41,474 bases of DNA from Planctomycetota bacterium. GTDB lineage: Bacteria > Planctomycetota > Planctomycetia > Pirellulales > Pirellulaceae. Below the pieces are notes generated by a model, which saw only the letters and a program-made list of their open reading frames with translations, did no database searches and was not told where the DNA came from. The stretch is from the NCBI GenBank assembly GCA_043768885.1, contig JAYVKA010000121.1:1-41474 (forward strand), in the 5' to 3' direction. The first letter of the stretch is position 1, and each line of letters starts with the position of its first letter. Below are positions 18,158 through 27,204 of the stretch, piece after piece. The position numbers were made by a program, and so were the translations under genes.

Positions 18158-18298
18158 TTGCAATTCAGCGGACCGAATCGGCCGATTTACACCGGTCACC
18201 AGTCCAAACCCGCATCAAGAGATCACGACATTCAAGATTATGCCTGAACTGAACCAGCCAGTAATGCCGGACGACCAACGCCGGAGGAAATGCAGCCC

Positions 18299-19264
18299 AT
18301 GTCCATGACAATTATCATTCTCGTTTGCGTTCTGATATCTGTTGCCGGCGTACTTTTTGCCGTCATGCAGATGTTCGCCAAGGACAGTTCGGCCATCGAA
18401 GACCGGTTGGAAGCGCTGACGAAAAACCGTGGGCGCGGAGCACCGACGGCGGAGAAGCAGGCTTCCCTGCTAAAAAACTCACTCGACGATGGCCCAAGCC
18501 CGATCGAGCAATTCGTTTCGCAATTTCTGAATCTGAAAGCCTTTCTGTATCAGGCAGGCTGGAAGATGTCGCCTACCAAATTCATTGCCATTTGCGGCAT
18601 CACGGGCCTTGCCTCTGCGGTCGTTTACGTTGTTGCGAGCCCATTCAAAACAATAACACCGGCGATTTTGGTGGTCGGCTGTCTGATGCCGATACTGGTC
18701 CTTCTGTTCGCCAAGAAACGGCGAATGAGAAAGTTCGCTTCGCAGCTTCCCCAATCACTCGACTTGATTAGTCAGGCACTTCGCGCTGGTCAAAGTCTTT
18801 CGGCGGGATTGCAGTTGGTTGCCCAGCAAACATCCGATCCACTGGGACCCGAGTTTATGAACTGTTTTGAGCAACAAAACTTCGGTGTACCATTGGAACA
18901 GGCCCTGATTGAGATGACCGAACGGATTCCGAACATCGACTTGCAGTTCTTTGCGACCACTGTTGTCTTGCAACGCCAAACGGGCGGAGACCTGGCCGAG
19001 ATTCTCGACAAGATTTCCAAGCTGATTCGTGAACGCTTCACGATCTGGGGACAAATTCAGGCGCTGACTGGCGAAGGCCGATTGAGCGGTATCGTATTGT
19101 TGGCTCTGCCACCTGGTCTGTTCCTGGTCATGTTGAAACTCAACTACGAGTACATCATGAAGCTGTTCACTCATCCGCTGGGCCAAAAGATGCTGATATT
19201 TGCCATCGTCATGCAATTGCTCGGCGCTCTGGCGATCAAGAAAATCATCACGATCAAGGTGTAA
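18299..19264 (+). CDS. tadB: Tad pilus platform protein TadB (T2SS-F family)
   Basis: One N-terminal TM, a cytoplasmic T2SSF domain (LPQSLDLISQALRAGQSLSAGLQ...PLGPEF) and C-terminal TMs. The gene follows cpaF directly. The ATG at 18299 lies 10 nt after GGAGGA; the listed ATG at 18290 is only 1 nt after it. Confidence 0.8.
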   Translation: MSMTIIILVCVLISVAGVLFAVMQMFAKDSSAIEDRLEALTKNRGRGAPTAEKQASLLKNSLDDGPSPIEQFVSQFLNLKAFLYQAGWKMSPTKFIAICGITGLASAVVYVVASPFKTITPAILVVGCLMPILVLLFAKKRRMRKFASQLPQSLDLISQALRAGQSLSAGLQLVAQQTSDPLGPEFMNCFEQQNFGVPLEQALIEMTERIPNIDLQFFATTVVLQRQTGGDLAEILDKISKLIRERFTIWGQIQALTGEGRLSGIVLLALPPGLFLVMLKLNYEYIMKLFTHPLGQKMLIFAIVMQLLGALAIKKIITIKV

Positions 19265-19283
19265 CTTCACCGGAAGTAATCCA

Positions 19284-20243
19284 ATGTTTGACAATATCGA
19301 CTTCATAACCGTTCTTCCTTTTGCACTGTTCGTTGTTTGCGCACTCGTTGCGTGGATGTTGGCCGAGTTTTTTCTCGGCGACAAGAACAAGGCGGAATCG
19401 CGACTGGACCAGATTCGCCAACAGGCCTCCGGGGCCGGCGGAAAGGCAACCGGTGACCGGACTGCCGGGCTGAAACGCCTGTTGGATGCCGCCAGCCCAA
19501 GCCTGAGCGAACCGTTAAAGCCGAAATCCGAAAAAGAAGTCAATGCACTCAAGAACAAACTCAGCTCGGCCGGATTTCGACACGAGAGTGCTATCGCCGT
19601 GTTCTCAACGGTAAAAGCCTTGTCGGCCATCATTGGATTTACCCTTGCAGGGGGAATCTCGATTTTGGTCAAGGGATTCACCATGACGGCACTTTCCTAC
19701 ACGGTAGGTGCAGGGATGCTGTGCCTGTTTATTCCGGAAATTGTTTTGACGCTGATTGCCAAAGGCCGAAAACAGAAAATATTCCTCAGTCTGCCTGACG
19801 CACTGGACCTGATGGTGGTTTGCGTCGAAGCCGGATTGGGTTTGGACCAGGCAATGCGTAAAGTCGCCGAGGAAATGAAGCGGACCCATCCGTTAATCAG
19901 TTATGAATTCAAAGTCTGCAATCAGGCCCTCCAAATGGGCCGACCACGTCAGGACGTCTTGCAAGACCTTGGTATCAGAAATGGAGTCGACGACCTGAAA
20001 ACCCTCGCATCGATCATCATTCAGGTCGATAGATTTGGTACCAGCATCGGAACCGCGTTGCGAACCCAAAGCGAATGCATGCGAATCAAACGAAAGCAGA
20101 TTGCCGAGGAAAAGGCCGCCAAGACTGCCGTCAAACTGATTTTTCCACTCGTTTTATTCATCTTTCCCGGAATCTTCGTTGTACTCGTCGGACCTGCCGC
20201 AATCACGATGATCGAAGAATTGCTTCCTGCTTTCCAAAAATAG
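19284..20243 (+). CDS. tadC: Tad pilus platform protein TadC (T2SS-F family)
   Basis: T2SSF domain (LPDALDLMVVCVEAGLGLDQAMRKVAEEM...) flanked by TM helices. The ATG at 19284 lies 20 nt after the tadB stop. The listed start at 19200 would overlap tadB by 65 nt. Confidence 0.8.
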   Translation: MFDNIDFITVLPFALFVVCALVAWMLAEFFLGDKNKAESRLDQIRQQASGAGGKATGDRTAGLKRLLDAASPSLSEPLKPKSEKEVNALKNKLSSAGFRHESAIAVFSTVKALSAIIGFTLAGGISILVKGFTMTALSYTVGAGMLCLFIPEIVLTLIAKGRKQKIFLSLPDALDLMVVCVEAGLGLDQAMRKVAEEMKRTHPLISYEFKVCNQALQMGRPRQDVLQDLGIRNGVDDLKTLASIIIQVDRFGTSIGTALRTQSECMRIKRKQIAEEKAAKTAVKLIFPLVLFIFPGIFVVLVGPAAITMIEELLPAFQK

Positions 20244-20281
20244 GCCCTCAGCGGCCGGATTGGCAATTTCAACTGCAAATT

Positions 20282-20310
20282 CGGTTCGTCCGACCCGTGC
20301 GGACGAACCG
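20282..20310 (+). terminator. GC-rich hairpin after tadC, with no U-tract
   Basis: cggttcgtccg (20282-92), loop acccgtg, then cggacgaaccg (20300-10). This is a perfect 11-bp stem 39 nt after the tadC stop. Confidence 0.3.
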
Positions 20311-20481
20311 ATACAAAGCACATCGCACAGACCGGATCGCCATCAGGCCCGGTCCAGGCTGAATCCGTCATGAATGACAGTTCGGCCTTTGTTGCCAGAT
20401 CAGGGATGTCATTGGCAAGCGCGTCCGGACCAAATTTCGGACTCAATTTACCCGGATACAAGGATGTTGGAGAGCAAACTC

Positions 20482-21171
20482 ATGCAAAACAAAAAACGGA
20501 TTGCCGCGTTCATTCTTGGTGCCGTCGTCGCATTTGGCGGCAGCGTCGTAACCGCCCAATGCTCAAGCTGCCAAAACGGAAGTTTTTTTGGTGGTGCCTT
20601 CAGTGGACACTCGGGCAGCGGTCGAGTCGCCCAACACCGGGAAAACTTCCGAATCTGGCACGATGACTTCGCGGAGAAAGCCGCGATTATCGAGAAACGA
20701 AACTACGCCTGGCCAAAACCCTTCGCATGCCAGGACCGCGATACGTATTTCCAGACAATGGCAGCGACCTACGATGCGGGCTGGATCGCACAATGCACAT
20801 TGACTGACGTTCATTTTGACGAGAACGGCCAACTCAATCTGGCTGGCCAAAACAAAGTCCAGTCGATCATGGCCAACAACCCGCTGGATCGACGGAACGT
20901 TTACATTTTGCACAATTTGAATGTGCTCGAAACACAATCACGTCTGGAAAATGTCCAGTCTTCAGTTGGCAAGTGGTACGGAGCTGACCTCGCCAACAAC
21001 GTGGTCGCAACCGACCGTTTGCCACAGGAAGTTAGTGGCCAACGCATCGAGCGCATCAACAGCATGTACAGCGCAAAAATGCCGGTGCCAATGATTCAGA
21101 TTGATTCGGCTGGTGGCAGTGGTGGTGGCAGTTCCGGTGGCTCAAGCTCAGGCTCGGGTGCGACCAAGTAG
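20482..21171 (+). CDS. Secreted hypothetical protein with a Gly/Ser-rich C-terminal tail
   Basis: Signal peptide MQNKKRIAAFILGAVVAFGGSVVTAQ and the tail SAGGSGGGSSGGSSSGSGATK. GGAG lies 9 nt upstream of the ATG at 20482. The listed start at 20374 adds a non-signal-like extension. A strong terminator follows. I recognise no family. Confidence 0.6.
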   Translation: MQNKKRIAAFILGAVVAFGGSVVTAQCSSCQNGSFFGGAFSGHSGSGRVAQHRENFRIWHDDFAEKAAIIEKRNYAWPKPFACQDRDTYFQTMAATYDAGWIAQCTLTDVHFDENGQLNLAGQNKVQSIMANNPLDRRNVYILHNLNVLETQSRLENVQSSVGKWYGADLANNVVATDRLPQEVSGQRIERINSMYSAKMPVPMIQIDSAGGSGGGSSGGSSSGSGATK

Positions 21172-21198
21172 GTCGTCAGGATTTGCCCATAAAATTTC

Positions 21199-21233
21199 AA
21201 CGATCGGCTTCTCTGCGAAGCCGATCGTTTTTT
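21199..21233. terminator. Rho-independent terminator between convergent genes
   Basis: aacgatcggcttc (21199-211), loop tctgc, then gaagccgatcgtt (21217-229), followed by a T-run to 21233 on the plus strand. An A/T-rich stretch on the other side could serve the minus-strand argF transcript. Confidence 0.7.
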
Positions 21234-21276
21234 GTTAACCTCCGGCAAATCCGGTTCGTCGTCAGGAAACAGGTTG

Positions 21277-22203
21277 CTACGTGTCAAGCAACCAGGAAAC
21301 CAGCCCCTTCTGGGCATGAAGCCGGTTCTCAGCTTGCGGAAGTACAAGGCTATGTGGTCCATCGATCACCGACTCGGCAACTTCTTCACCGCGACGGGCC
21401 GGAAGGCAATGCAGGAATTTTGCGTCAGTTGCCGCATGTTTCATCAATTCCGCTGACACCTGAAACGACGACAATTCCTTTAGTCGTTGCTCGCGTTCAG
21501 CCTCCTGCCCCATGCTGGTCCAAACATCGGTGTAAACAAATGTGGCTCCATCAACAGCAGAAACCGGATCGTCAAATTGGCGAATCAGGCCGGATCCTGA
21601 GTTCGCATTCAATCCGTTAATGAAATCTTTCGGGAATTGGTAGTTGGCCGGAGCTCCGATCGATAATGGAATTCCAAGCTTGCTGCAAATGACCGCCAGG
21701 GACCAGGTCACATTGTTTGCGTCCCCGACATAGGCCAGTCGGACATGGTCCAGGCCACCTGCTGATTCCTGCATGGTCATCACATCGGCCAGGGCCTGGC
21801 AGGGATGGGAAACGTTTGTCAGCCCGTTGATTACGGGGCACCGACAGTATCGCGCCGCCTCTTCAACTTGTGCATGATCGTTCGCCCGAATCACCAGGAC
21901 GTCTAGATAGCTGGTCAGGATTGGGAAAAAGTCACGGGCTGGTTCCCGATCAGGCCAACCAACGTCGCTGCCCAGATACAAACTGCTGCCGCCGTGCTGG
22001 CTGATCAGGGATTCGAAACTGACTCGCGTTCTGAGCGAAGGTTTCTGAAACAGTAGACCCAGAACTTTTCCGGCAAAAAAAGGAGTCCGCACGCCGTCCT
22101 TGAGTTGCTTCTTCAGAAGTATGCCAAGGTCGAGAATCGCCCGGATTTCATCACCCGTGTAATCCATCAGCGAAATCAGGTTTCTCATGGAACAGATCGC
22201 CAT
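21277..22203 (-). CDS. argF: Ornithine carbamoyltransferase
   Basis: Carbamoyl-phosphate site KPSLRTRVSFE, HPCQALADVMTM, ornithine-binding VYTDVWTSMGQE and HCLPARRGEE. The start is the ATG at 22203 or 22188. The longer listed ORF would overlap argB. Confidence 0.85.
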   Translation of the reverse strand: MAICSMRNLISLMDYTGDEIRAILDLGILLKKQLKDGVRTPFFAGKVLGLLFQKPSLRTRVSFESLISQHGGSSLYLGSDVGWPDREPARDFFPILTSYLDVLVIRANDHAQVEEAARYCRCPVINGLTNVSHPCQALADVMTMQESAGGLDHVRLAYVGDANNVTWSLAVICSKLGIPLSIGAPANYQFPKDFINGLNANSGSGLIRQFDDPVSAVDGATFVYTDVWTSMGQEAEREQRLKELSSFQVSAELMKHAATDAKFLHCLPARRGEEVAESVIDGPHSLVLPQAENRLHAQKGLVSWLLDT

Positions 22204-22267
22204 TTGAGTGGGCGACTTTAAAAAGAGTTGAAATGAACGGGTACGGCCCAAGTTCAAAATCGGCTGG

Positions 22268-23143
22268 CTATTCACTGATAACGGTGCCGACCCCGCGACT
22301 GGTGTAGACTTCCAACAGCAACGAATGCCTGACTCGCCCATCCACGATGTGAATCTTGCGGACTCCCTGGTCCAGCGCATCCAAACAGGCTTCCACTTTC
22401 GGGATCATTCCCGAAGTAATTTTCCCCTCGGCAATCAGATGCTTTGCCTGGTTGCGATTGAGCGACGAAATCAGCGAAGCGGGATCGGCAGGATTGGCCA
22501 AAACGCCGGGAACATCGCTGATAAAGACGAGCTTCTCGGCGTTCACCTGGGCGGCCAGAGTAATGGCCGCTGTGTCCGCATTGACGTTCAATTTCTGGCC
22601 GTCGGCCCCCAGGCACATCGAGGGAATAAAGGGAACTTGTCCGGCATAACAAAGGTTGTCGATCACCAAACGGTCCACGCTGGTTACTTCACCAACCATC
22701 CCGAGATCAATGGAGTTGCCATTCTCGTCTTTCAATTCCAAACGCTGGCCGTACAAAACCGGAGTCGACTGGAAATTCAGCGTCATGGCGCGGCCGCCAA
22801 TTTTCTCGAACTCTGACGCGAGATATTCGTTCGTTTCGGTCGCCAGGACCTGCTCGACAATTTCCAGCGTCCGCTCATCGGTGTATCGCCGGCCCTGAAC
22901 AAATCGGGGAACGATGCCGGCCTCCTGCATCGCCGCGCTGATGCGTGCTCCGCCTCCGTGGATTACAACCGGGCGAACGCCCACGGTCTCCATGAACAAA
23001 ATATCCAGGAGGATATGATGCAACGACTCCTGATTGTCGAGGATGCTTCCACCCAGCTTGATGACTGTTGTTTTGTCCCGAAACTGCCGAATCCAGCCAA
23101 GGGCTTCGATCAAAATGTCAGCTTTGCCAATCGCGCTATGCAT
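22268..23143 (-). CDS. argB: Acetylglutamate kinase
   Basis: TTVIKLGGSIL, PVVIHGGGARI, NVNADTAAITLA and a DGR box, all typical of the amino-acid kinase family and ArgB. The ATG at 23143 (MHSAIGKADILIEAL) gives the normal length. Confidence 0.9.
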   Translation of the reverse strand: MHSAIGKADILIEALGWIRQFRDKTTVIKLGGSILDNQESLHHILLDILFMETVGVRPVVIHGGGARISAAMQEAGIVPRFVQGRRYTDERTLEIVEQVLATETNEYLASEFEKIGGRAMTLNFQSTPVLYGQRLELKDENGNSIDLGMVGEVTSVDRLVIDNLCYAGQVPFIPSMCLGADGQKLNVNADTAAITLAAQVNAEKLVFISDVPGVLANPADPASLISSLNRNQAKHLIAEGKITSGMIPKVEACLDALDQGVRKIHIVDGRVRHSLLLEVYTSRGVGTVISE

Positions 23144-23253
23144 TGGTGTCTCTTGAATTTTGGTTGGGCTGAGATCTTGTGAAATCGACAATTTGACCGG
23201 CTCGTGAAAAAGTTTGACTGTACGGTGGCTTGCAACCTCGTTGCAATTCGCGT

Positions 23254-26200
23254 TTAGACAAGAACCGGGCAAAGATCCGCCCATATCTGGCTGAGCACGT
23301 TGAGCGTCTCGCGAATTTGAGATTCGCTGTGAGACGAAGTGATAAAGAACCGGACACGTGCCTGGTCCTCGGCAACGGCCGGGTAAAGAATCGGCTGGGC
23401 ATTGATCCCGGCATTGAACAGCCGTTCCGACATTTGCAAGGCCGCCATTGAGTTGCCAGTGATCGCTGGAATGATCGGGCTGTCCTGGCTGGGGCCAGTG
23501 TTCAGGCCGGCTTTCCTCGCAAGGTCGAGAAACTGCTTGCTGTTCTTCCGCAACTTATCAACCCGTTCCGGTTCGGCTTGCAACATCCGAAGCGAGGCCA
23601 ATGCGGCTCCAACATTGCCTGGCGGAATTCCGGCGGCAAACACATAACCTGGCGTCGTGTATCGCAAATAATTTATCAGATTCCTGCTACCACCGATGAA
23701 TCCTCCGCAACTGCCAAAAGACTTGCTGAGTGTTCCCATCCAGCATTCGACATCCGTTCTCGCGATATTGAAGAGCTCTCCAATGCCGCGACCCGTTGCC
23801 CCCATTGTTCCAATCGAATGGGCTTCATCGACGAACATCCAGCACTGATGTTTCTTTTTGATATCAACAAATCGCGGCAAGTCCGGAATGTCGCCGTCCA
23901 TGCTGTACAGCCCTTCGATCGCGATCAGCACGCGGCGATAGTCCCGGCGAATTTCACCGAGAATCGAATCCAGCTGCTCCCAATTATTGTGTTCGAACGG
24001 GCGTCGGCGAGCTCCGGAAAGTTCTGCTCCCTGAATGATGCTGTTGTGGGCCAGCGAGTCGTGCAGAATCAAATCGCCTTTGCCTGCCAGGTGACCAATC
24101 ACAGATTCGTTGGTCGCATGACCACCTGGAAAAGTAATGACGTCTTCCACCCCAAGAAATTCTGAAAGTTCCTGCTCGAGCTCGCGATGGATTGATTTCT
24201 CTCCGGAAACCAGGCGGCTGGCGGAAACACTGGTTCCAAAGTTCTGAATCGCGTTGATCGCTCCCTGACTGACTTTGGGATGTCCCGACAGGCCCAAATA
24301 GTTGTACGACGAAAATGAAATCAGTTCGCGACCGTCGATTATCGTCGTGTCAGCGATTACCCCTTCGTGAACGCTGAAAAATGGATTCCGGATTCCCGAT
24401 TGCTCAATCTGTTCCTGCGCCCGTTGCAGCCGAAGAAACTCCGGCGTTTGTTCCAGAACATAATGCGACGCAGGTATCGGTTGATCTTCTGGAGTACGGT
24501 CCGGTGCCGAGACCGGCTTCAATCGGATCGCCGAACCGTTAACCTGCTTTGTGCCAATGTATTCCTGGACCGCCGCAGCAACTTCGCGAACAGTCTCGAC
24601 TTCCTGAAGTACCTCGTCCGGAATTCGCCCGCCAAACGAAGATTCGATTTCGCTGGCAATTCTCAATCGCTCCAGCGAATCCAGCCCCAGATCGACCACG
24701 ATATTGGAGTCAAGCGTCAGGTCGCGCGCCCGTTCACGGGCAATTTCCCGAACAAACCTCATCACAACATCAATTACGCCAGGATCAAGATCACCGTCAT
24801 CCTTGCAGACCCGTTCGAATTCGGAAACGTGTCCGTTCGAATGGACCGGGTCGGCGATATTCCAGCTATCCACGACCAGCAATTTGTTTTGCCGGTAGTT
24901 TTCGCGGCAGGCCCTGCGTTGGACTTTGCCGCTGGACGTTTTTGGAATGCTGTTGGCCCGAACCAATACAACTACGTCGACCGCGACTTCGTGTTCGGCA
25001 GCAACAGCCGACCGAACGATCTGGGTCAATCCATCCAGTTCCACATCGGGACCGCGTTCAACTTCACAAACAATCACCAGCTGTTCACGATCCCAATGAT
25101 CGATCGCAAAGGCTGCAGCTCCGCTGGTACGCAACCGCGGATCCGCCGATTCAACGGTTGATTCAATGTCCTGCGGATAACGGTTCACGCCCCGGACAAT
25201 AATCATGTCCTTCAAACGACCCGTCACAAACAATTCACCCTGGTCAACAAATCCCAGGTCACCAGTCCTCAACCAGGTTCGTGATGGATCGGCCGCTGTC
25301 CTGGCCCGAAAGGTTCGCTCGGATTCCTCGGGCTTGTCGAGGTATTCCCTTCCCACGCTCGGACTGGAAACCCAGATCTCGCCGATTTGTCCGTCGGGCA
25401 GAAGTTGAAGCGATTCCGGGTTTACGATGACTAGCTCTTCATCTTCGATGACATTTCCGCAGCCAACCAGTTCGTTTCCATCCGGATCGCCCGGTTCCAG
25501 TTCTCGAACCCGGTAACTGGCCAGCTCGTGCCGATCAAAAGTACGAAATGCCGGTGCCTCACTTTTCTTGCCACCCGTAATAATCAACGCGGCTTCGGCC
25601 ATTCCGTAACAGGGGTAGTGCGATTCATGCCGGAACCCATACGGCGAGAACTTCTCGCTGAATGATTTCAGAATCGCCGCCCGGACCGGTTCGGCTCCAT
25701 TGAACGCCAAACACCATGAAGACAAATCCAAATCGTCACATTGATCGTCTGATATTTTTTCGACACACAACGCGTAGCTGAAATTGGGTCCGCCGGAGAC
25801 CGTAATTTTGTGTTTGGAAATCGACTTGAGCCATCGGATGGGTCTGGTCAAAAATGAAACAGGACTCATCAACGTATTTGTGAAGCCGCCATACATCGGG
25901 TTGAGGACACCACCGATCAGGCCCATGTCATGATAGACCGGCAACCAGGTAAGTCCCTGACTGGCTGGCGTAAGTTCAAAACCCAACATGATCATCCGGG
26001 CATTGGCCATCAGATTTTGGTTGGTTAACACGACGCCCTTCGGCGAACCGGTTGAACCGGAAGTGTATTGAATCAAACCAATGTCGTTGCCAGAGACTCG
26101 CGGTTTGGTCCAGTCGCTACAAAGCTCGGTCGGGATTTCGTCTGTGCAAACCCACGGCACGGACTTCAAACTCAAAGCCTCGTCCATCAGTCCGTCTGAC

Positions 26201-26631
26201 CGTTCATAAACGTCACTGATTGTCAAAGCAACATTTGCATGGGCATCTTCGCTGATCGCATTGATCCGTCCCATATTCCGGTTTCGGCGCGGGGGATAGG
26301 CCGGGATCGGAACCACGTTGGCGTAGTAACATCCAAAAAGGGCTTCGACAAACTCCAGACCCGGGGGGTACATCATCAGGGCACGCTTGTTTTGCATGCC
26401 CATCGAAACGAGATGAGCCGCAATCGCCCGGGCCCGGGTATCCAGCTCGGCATACGTCAGCGTGACCTCGTCGTCTTCGCCATCGCGCAGGAATCGATAC
26501 GCCAGCTGTTCAGGCTGGGCAAGCGTCCAGTACCGCAGGCGGTCCAGAAAGTTGGTTTCTGGCGGAGAAAACGGGGCCAGCAATTCGTCAATTTTCACTC
26601 GGTTCAATGCTCCTCGGGTGTTACCAGCCAT
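23254..26631 (-). CDS. Tri-domain fusion: fatty acyl-AMP ligase (FAAL-like adenylation) - acyl carrier protein - PLP-dependent alpha-oxoamine synthase (Spt/BioF/Kbl family)
   Basis: Adenylation core YTSGSTGSPKG (aa 189-199), GDLGF..GRLKDMIIVRGVNRYPQDIE and SSGKVQRR. Carrier motif DLGLDSLERL (Ser652, nt 24676-24678). AOS boxes HDSLAHNS and VDEAHSIG, with the PLP lysine in GTLSKSFGSCGGF (Lys970, nt 23722-23724). The 1125-codon ORF is uninterrupted and starts with an ATG. Confidence 0.9.
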   Translation of the reverse strand: MAGNTRGALNRVKIDELLAPFSPPETNFLDRLRYWTLAQPEQLAYRFLRDGEDDEVTLTYAELDTRARAIAAHLVSMGMQNKRALMMYPPGLEFVEALFGCYYANVVPIPAYPPRRNRNMGRINAISEDAHANVALTISDVYERSDGLMDEALSLKSVPWVCTDEIPTELCSDWTKPRVSGNDIGLIQYTSGSTGSPKGVVLTNQNLMANARMIMLGFELTPASQGLTWLPVYHDMGLIGGVLNPMYGGFTNTLMSPVSFLTRPIRWLKSISKHKITVSGGPNFSYALCVEKISDDQCDDLDLSSWCLAFNGAEPVRAAILKSFSEKFSPYGFRHESHYPCYGMAEAALIITGGKKSEAPAFRTFDRHELASYRVRELEPGDPDGNELVGCGNVIEDEELVIVNPESLQLLPDGQIGEIWVSSPSVGREYLDKPEESERTFRARTAADPSRTWLRTGDLGFVDQGELFVTGRLKDMIIVRGVNRYPQDIESTVESADPRLRTSGAAAFAIDHWDREQLVIVCEVERGPDVELDGLTQIVRSAVAAEHEVAVDVVVLVRANSIPKTSSGKVQRRACRENYRQNKLLVVDSWNIADPVHSNGHVSEFERVCKDDGDLDPGVIDVVMRFVREIARERARDLTLDSNIVVDLGLDSLERLRIASEIESSFGGRIPDEVLQEVETVREVAAAVQEYIGTKQVNGSAIRLKPVSAPDRTPEDQPIPASHYVLEQTPEFLRLQRAQEQIEQSGIRNPFFSVHEGVIADTTIIDGRELISFSSYNYLGLSGHPKVSQGAINAIQNFGTSVSASRLVSGEKSIHRELEQELSEFLGVEDVITFPGGHATNESVIGHLAGKGDLILHDSLAHNSIIQGAELSGARRRPFEHNNWEQLDSILGEIRRDYRRVLIAIEGLYSMDGDIPDLPRFVDIKKKHQCWMFVDEAHSIGTMGATGRGIGELFNIARTDVECWMGTLSKSFGSCGGFIGGSRNLINYLRYTTPGYVFAAGIPPGNVGAALASLRMLQAEPERVDKLRKNSKQFLDLARKAGLNTGPSQDSPIIPAITGNSMAALQMSERLFNAGINAQPILYPAVAEDQARVRFFITSSHSESQIRETLNVLSQIWADLCPVLV

Positions 26632-26847
26632 TTTACGACAAATCCGCCCCCACTTGGAATGCCCGCGATTGTCTCATCCGGCGATTTCCAGCATGTAGTC
26701 TGCCACTCCATGGCAAACTTTGACACCAAAAACCGCCGGTTGAACAGACGAAAAGCCCCTTTTCCTGTCGGAATCAGACGATAACCTGTGAACATTCCAA
26801 TAGACACGACCGGTCAAACCGGCCCCAATTCACTCCCGGAATCCAAA

Positions 26848-27204
26848 ATGGAAACGTTCAAATTGGTCATGCCAGAAAACCTGAATCACTTTGGATACCT
26901 GTTTGGAGGCTACTTGCTCATGTGGGTCGACGAAATTGCCTGGATGGCGGCAACCCTGGAATTTCCCGAACACCGCTTTGTTACCATCGGCATGGACCGG
27001 GTCGAATTCAAACACGGTGTGCGGCAGGGGACAATCCTGAAATTCCAGACAACCCGGACCCGGACAGGAAAAACTTCGGCAGATTTCCTGGTGGATGTCC
27101 GGTCCGCCAATCAAAAAGGGATGCTGGAGTCGATTTTCTCGACAACAGTTACGTTGGTAAATGTCGATGAAAACGGGCAAAAATCGCCTTTGGCAACATG
27201 CTAA
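26848..27204 (+). CDS. Acyl-CoA/acyl-carrier thioesterase, hotdog fold (YciA-like)
   Basis: METFKLVMPENLNHFGYLFGGYLLMWVDEIAWMAA...FVTIGMDRVEFKHGV matches the acyl-CoA thioester hydrolase hotdog pattern. It is divergent from the FAAL-ACP-AOS gene, with a 216-nt spacer. The ATG at 26848 is preferred over the listed GTG at 26788. Confidence 0.8.
   Translation: METFKLVMPENLNHFGYLFGGYLLMWVDEIAWMAATLEFPEHRFVTIGMDRVEFKHGVRQGTILKFQTTRTRTGKTSADFLVDVRSANQKGMLESIFSTTVTLVNVDENGQKSPLATC

Noticed and set aside
16898-18199. 433-aa ORF antisense to cpaF. Similar long antisense ORFs lie at 907-1821 (E1), 3856-4440 (DUF1559), 7546-8733 and 8848-9504 (thrS), 18755-19684 (tadB/tadC), 24367-25202 (FAAL-ACP-AOS), 31653-32249 (GT4) and 40742-41428 (folC).
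   Set aside because: Each lies entirely opposite a gene with strong family motifs. Their translations are Arg/Gly/Pro/His-rich, low-complexity sequences with no recognisable motif. They are typical shadow ORFs of moderately GC-rich DNA.
21277-23143. argB-argF as part of the FAAL-ACP-AOS locus, for example supplying an ornithine-derived substrate.
   Set aside because: Both are standard arginine-biosynthesis enzymes with canonical motifs. Adjacency alone does not justify a functional link.
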